Of a stretch of DNA of 64,000 nt, positions 57,259-64,000 are shown in pieces. The stretch is taken from NCBI RefSeq assembly GCF_009914755.1, contig NC_060928.1; one strand, given 5' to 3'. The stretch comes from the human T2T-CHM13v2.0 reference genome, Homo sapiens. The notes under the pieces were generated by a model that was not told the origin of the DNA, searched no databases, and was given only the letters and a program-made list of their open reading frames with translations. Position numbers and translations under genes: made by a program. Position 1 is the first letter of the stretch. Each line of letters opens with the position of its first letter.

Positions 57259-57931
57259 GTTCTTTCGTAGGACATGAGCTTAAAAAAAAGTTTAATAGGT
57301 TCAAGAAGCTGAGTGGGACAAACAAACAAAAAGATATAAATCAGAGCAACTCTAGGGTAAGTTCCTCTTAGGAATTATCTGGCTATGGACTGCTGCTTTG
57401 ATAGATGAGGACACTGAGGCACACAGAGGAGGAAATCTGCCTAGTCACATAGAACAAACGTTCTTTGTGTTATGGAAAAACCTGTCCTTGGCCTGAATGT
57501 GGGTGACTCCCATTAGGATACGGAGTGATGGCACCATCCTGTGCAAGGACTAGACACAAATGAAGGCATTTTAATGATAGGTCTGATTTATGGAACACCT
57601 TTCTCTGGGGCAGCACTGGGAACTTGGCTAGCATGGGCTAATTAATCTTCACCATCTCCCTGTGAGAAAGGTGGGTCTCAAAGACCATTCCCCTAAATTA
57701 GGAGTCAGAAAGAATGAAGTACAAAAGGATTTCTGTAATTTTCCTATAATCATTCATTAAATTATGAAGTGCTGGAAGACCCAGGTATTTCTTAGCTCCC
57801 TGTTGACTACATTTACTGAAGCAAATATTGTATTTTACTGATAGTCATATTTAAGCTATATTTCTTTCCCTTTATTCTTCATATTATGTGCAATACTTCT
57901 GTATAAAAAGTAAAAAATGAGATACACTGTG

Positions 57932-58297
57932 TGATATGGTTTGGCTGTGTCCCCACTCAAATCTCATCTTGAATTGTAGTTCCCATAATTCCCACATGTC
58001 AGGGGAAGGACCTGGTGGGAGGTAACTGAATCATGGGGGTGGTTACCCCCATGATGTCATGATAGTGAGTGAGATCTCACAAGATCTGATGGTTTTATAA
58101 AGGGCTTTTCCCCCTTTGCTCAGCACTTCTCTCTCCTGCCGCCATGTGAAGAAGGATGTGTTTGCTTCCCCTTCCACCATGATTGTAAGTTTCCTGAGGC
58201 TTCCCCAGCAATGTGGAACTGTGAGTCAATTAAACCTCTTTATGAATTGCCCAGTCTTGGGCAGTTCTTAATAGCACCATGAAAATGGACTAATATA
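57932..58297 (+). mobile_element. THE1(C/D) MaLR solo LTR
   Basis: 'tgatatggtttggctgtgtcccc...gccatgtgaagaagg...gactaata'; TSD ctgt(g/a). Confidence 0.92.
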
Positions 58298-60599
58298 CTG
58301 TATATTCTTCATTTTCAGTGCAAAGATAGTGAGTGACATGGCCAGTCCCAAGAAAACATTCACTAATCCCAGAAAACTTCAAGATTATTTTGAGTAACAA
58401 AATCTCACCTCAAATTTTATGCTGAGTTAATTCCATGCTATAAAAATAAGTGATCATAACTGCAGGGGCAAAGATCATGGATAAAGACACCCAGACAATC
58501 CACTATTTAATCAAACTCTCTACTGATATTTAAACGACAACTGAAATATGAATATCTTATTTAAATGACTTCTGTTTTACATATGCCAGTAACATATTCA
58601 ATTAAAAAAAAAAAACAGCCTTTTCCAGTTCCATTTTGTCATTTGATTAGTTTGTAATTCCAGTTTGCTGGTTTCTCCAGCACAAAGTATGTCTGTACTC
58701 AAAACTGACATTCTCTACCAAAATATACTAGAAAAAGCATGGGATACAGGAGCAGTGGACCTGAGTTTAAATCCTATTCTACCCCTTCCTTTCTGGGGAA
58801 ATTGCTAAGCTTAATTTTCCATGCATATATGATGGAAGATGATAATGCTGTACAGGTAACTGCAAGAATTAAATCAGATTACATATGTTAAACTTTGCAT
58901 CACAGAATAGGAGCTAAATGTTTTAGCTGTTTTGATAGAAGAGGAAGAGCAATCTTCAGTTTTAATTTATTCATTTTTTAAAAAATTGCCACATATAAAC
59001 TGCTTTAAGAGGAAAGTATATGAGAAATTTATAAAAATGTATTTTTATATGAGAAAAATTAATTTCTCATATAAATTTATAATTTCAAATTTTAATTTAT
59101 TAAAAAGTCACTCAGACTTTTATAAATTAAATTTTAAAATGTAGCTTTATTTATTTTTTCAAATATCAGAATATTATCATTCACCATTTTTATGCATTTC
59201 CAAAATTTATAATGAGGACTTTTTCTTCTTTTGGATTTGAATCTCTCATTTACTTCAGTACCATTCAGACTTCAACTTCTGTTCAAGACTGAAAAAAACT
59301 GTAATGCAATTATGAGTAGGCCATTTCTTCCTTCTTTCTCCTCTACTCCAACTTAAGTACCTAGAATCCTCACATAATCTCCAATCTTTCTCACATCTAT
59401 TTTACTAAAATTATGCAAAAACCTATAATTTGATATTTATCTTATTTAAAATTAGGAATTGTATCATCTTAGCATTTGGTTCAGTAAACACATGAAAAGT
59501 GTTCCTTTACAATGACTATTATTCTAAGCAAATGTTTTAAATAAAATATTCCTCAATTGAAGTCAAAATTAGTCATCGAAGTTTTGCTGGATGAAATAAG
59601 GACTAAAGTACATGGGGCCCTATGACTATAATAAACCCATCTGCATTCACTGCTTTACTTAGATAAATAAAAGACTCATAGTTTCATCATGTTCAATCAT
59701 CTGCTAGCTACCCTAAATACATTTGAGTCACATGATCTATAATGCAGAAAACAAATAAAAAGGTATTTGGAAATTAGTCAATGCTCATCCAACATCTGAA
59801 AACTGCCTTTCTAAATTAAAGTGAAGAGTGAATAAAAATCTAAGGAGCAAAATATTTTAAACACAACTAATATGTGTTATCTTACCCTATTCATGACATT
59901 TAATTGGTGATCTCAACTCCAGGTAATAGGCTGTGTGCACTTATTTTTCCCCACCCACCTCCTATCATACACAGACAAAAGAAACTATCTCAAGTGGGTG
60001 TAATGGTTCAGTTTCAAGCATTTCAAAATCCTCCACCACCTGCACAGGAAACTGTGACTGAAAACCAGACAGGGCACCGCAGAGCAGCACTGATGATACA
60101 GGAACATGGCTGAGAGGTGAATCTGGTTACTAGACAGTTGAATGAAATCAGCAGAGGGGAGATGGTACTCCCAATGAAGAGCACATGACACTTAAGGGCA
60201 AATAAACACCACCATACAATGAAAGAAGCACCAAAACCGGAGTTACTTATTAAGTGCTACGGAAACACAGATGAGAGAAAATACAATTTTACAACAATGC
60301 ATAAAAGAGTTGTGAAGGCTGATATGGGCTTTGAAGAATAAATAGGCGTTTTCTGGGTAGAAAAAGATGAAGTAAATTTCAGATAAAAGGAATAGCATGA
60401 TTAACATCACAGAGTCAGAAAACTATCTGGAAGGTTTGGAGAACAGCAATAGTTTGATATACTTGTCTGTGGATAACAACCTCAAATGTGAGCAGGGAAA
60501 AACATAAAAAGCTAACAAATTAATCCTGTGCTAATATGTTAAGATTTTCTGCTGCAGGAAATATCGGTTTTGATCAGAGGCACGAGGAACCAGATTCTG

Positions 60600-60830
60600 T
60601 GTGCAACACAATATAGTAGTTAAGAGTATAGATTTTAGAGTTAGACTGCCTGGGTTCAGACTGACTTTACCACTTAGGATTGTTTCTGACCTAGAGTGAG
60701 CTTTTTGACCTCTCTGTACCTCAGTTTCTTCTTTTGTAAAATGAGGATGTTAACAGCACCTACCTCATGGAATTGTTGAGAGATTTATATATAAAAAGTT
60801 AGAACAGTGCCTGGCATATAGGAAGCAAGA
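60600..60830 (+). mobile_element. MIR
   Basis: 'gactgcctgggttca...ctctgtacctcagtttc...gtaaaatg...agaacagtgcctggcatatag'. Confidence 0.8.
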
Positions 60831-60847
60831 CAAAACTGCTGGCTATG

Positions 60848-60926
60848 AATGCTGTTTTTGAAAATCAGGGTTGATGACACTGTGGAGTACACAATGGAAC
60901 CAGAGAATGAAAGTCTACAGGCAGGG
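60848..60926 (+). repeat. Local duplication 4, copy A (pairs with 62446-62518)
   Basis: Shared aatgctRtttttga...tgtggagta...tggaaccagagaatgaaagtctaca. Confidence 0.85.
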
Positions 60927-61975
60927 ACTTCAGTTAGAAAGCTAATGAAAATTGTATCTGTAAAAATTAAATGCATCTGTGAGTACATTTCTTTGTAGAG
61001 ATAACCACATTGGATAGCCATGTATCATATAAATTAACACGTCATACAAAATATATTTACATAAAAAGTCAGACACATGTATGTATGCATGTGTATGTAT
61101 CTCCAAATCTCTTAGGCAAACTCATATACATGCCAGAATATAAGACATAAAAACAAATATACTCCCTACAGACAACCTTGTATGTACTGTATGTATAATT
61201 ATAATTTCAAATTTAGTAAGTTGGAAGGTAAATGACTGAAAAGAATGATTGCTTTTTTCTTCTTTGTGTAACAGAGGACTTGCTCAGAACAAGGGAAGAA
61301 GATGACTATGCAGCTGCTCGGTAACAGCGTCTAGTCACACTCTGAGATACTGAGGTCAGCAAGAACAGAGGATGCACACTATGTCCCATCTTGCCTTTCT
61401 GCCCAGAAAGTCTCAGTTACTGGAAAAGCTTCAGAAATATTTACCAAAAAATCCATTTGAAATCCTGAAATTCTACTTCTCAGAAAAACAGTATTACTCT
61501 TGTCTAGAAATAACATTCAGGCCTCAAAGTGCTATACTGTCATTACTTCTAAAAATAAACTGAGCAAATCCAAGTCTTGAGGTCAGTTTCAAATAATGTG
61601 CTGCAGCAATGACACAAGCAACAGCTCCACTCTGTCCCACTGGAGGCAGTGCATTCCCTGAGGGCTTGAGAGCACAGGCCTGCTGCTCCTCATCTCTCCC
61701 TGGAAAGAGCTGGCAGCAGATGACCAGACAGGCCTCTAAGGCAGAAGGTACTGAGCAAAGTCCTTCTCTCTTTGTTGATTCTCTTTAGTAAGGCACCTGG
61801 AGAGAGTAAACCAATGATAGGAGGGAGTCGCCAATCCAGCAGCCTCTCCAGATGGCAGCTCAATTTTTCTCCTAGCATCCTCTAAATGATTTTCTAAGAC
61901 CACCATCATGTGTAAGAATGCTTGATACCACCTTATATCATTTGAACAGATACAAATGACTTACATTTCAGACTT

Positions 61976-62289
<314 letters not shown>

Positions 62290-62352
62290 TAAATAGGAAA
62301 CACATGAGCCCGTGAAAGGTAATAAATTAGGTGTATAAATTATGAAAAATTA

Positions 62353-62813
<461 letters not shown>

Positions 62814-63595
62814 GTGATAAACTAAATAAACGAATAATGAATAAATGCCAAGTCACTAAAATGTACTTGATTCTAAGCAAGATATCTGCTATTAAAACTT
62901 AATTTTTATCTTGAAAGAAATGGGAAGAAATTATCAAAATATTTTCAGATAATAAACTCCAAATAACTGATATTTATCTACATAGAAAGTTGTCCTTTAC
63001 TATCTTTGTAGTAGTGTCTTCTACTATGGTTGTAGTAGTGTCAGTGCCTGTACTTTTTCTCAATTCTCTGTAAAAATACCTAAATATTGTTTACATATCT
63101 GAAAAGGTACAGGGACATACCTATATTCCCAAGTTTTCCCTTACAAAAGTAATTAACTTTTTATTTCTCTGCTTTGCTAGCAACAAAACTCTCAAAATCT
63201 TAAGTAAGGTACCCTTCTAATTGCCATAATAATTCAAACATTTCTTTAGGACCTCTAATTGTAAGAGATGATTTTTATTACACCTTTGATGCATTAATTT
63301 TTAAATTTAAGAAGGAAGCACACAGCTTACTTTTGGAATAAATTTCCTCCTGGAGTAATCAAGAATTTTGGAAATTAATTCTGTAAAAATTGTGAGCCAC
63401 AACCCAAGCATCTGGAGTCCTACAATGCTCTCAATATATTTTTAACATGATCATTGAGAAAAAAGCCATCAGCCCTTATTTCTCAACGAGAGCCATTCTC
63501 ATCCATAGTGATTAGTGTGAGATTTTACGCCAAGCTTTCATGAGTTTTAAGACAAACTTATTAAGCACCTTTCTTATTTACAATACAGGTATGTG

Positions 63596-63596
<1 letters not shown>

Positions 63597-63632
<36 letters not shown>
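63597..63632. repeat. (CA)n microsatellite, read as (UG)n in the CAMK2D pre-mRNA
   Basis: About 15 CA units. Confidence 0.95.
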
Positions 63633-64000
63633 TTCAAGTTGCTCAATTTTAAAATAAAGATATCTTTTAAAAATAATATAGGTAGAAGGGACCAAAAAAT
63701 GTAGCTCCAAAATGTAAAACTCCAGATTCATGGATATAAGTTTCCCAGGAAGGAAAAAAAATCAACTATGTATATAATAAAATGTTTGCAAAATTCACCT
63801 GGTAACCAGCCATGAGCACATGCATTCTCTTCTTTGAACTGATATGGTCGTGACCTTTCTAATCTGAGTATGGAAAATTATTAACCTTCTTCTCCCTTCC
63901 CCATTTGAAAAAAATAATTTCAACAGTCCTCATGTTAGATTTCCATTCAGGTGTTACTGAAATGTAGGAAAAACACATATTGGAGTATGTGGTAACCTTT

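Noticed and set aside
61250-61326. Plus-strand acceptor/donor pair suggesting an antisense exon
   Set aside because: The donor (TCG|gtaaca) is weak, and no other plus-strand exons or promoter are supported.
63799-63858. Idea that this 60-nt phase 1/1 candidate is a mutually exclusive paralogue of exon 3
   Set aside because: There is no nucleotide or peptide similarity to [20 protein letters not shown]; the equal length appears coincidental.

Overview
AT-rich primate (very likely human) genomic DNA that is almost entirely intronic. The only well-supported coding feature is a 60-nt minus-strand exon at 38450-38509 encoding (D)[19 protein letters not shown](V). This is exon 3 of a CaMKII kinase gene; its AT-rich codon usage and very large flanking introns point to CAMK2D. 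The window therefore covers the 3' part of intron 2 (38510-64000), exon 3 and part of intron 3 (1-38449). The remainder is ordinary interspersed repeats: about 18 Alu copies or fragments, L2, MIR, short L1 pieces, MaLR/ERV1/ERVL solo LTRs, Tigger/hAT DNA transposons and microsatellites. The listed ORFs are Alu-derived or chance ORFs. I see no prokaryotic-type system, CRISPR array or novel gene. The most interesting structure not explained by those features is: (i) four local, same-orientation, non-tandem duplications ('doublets') of different ages; (ii) template-switch hairpins inside old repeats; (iii) inverted Alus bracketing the in-frame alphaC-helix exon; (iv) several candidate cryptic/poison exons on the CAMK2D strand, one next to a UG tract. 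Repeat subfamily names and boundaries were recognised by eye and are approximate.
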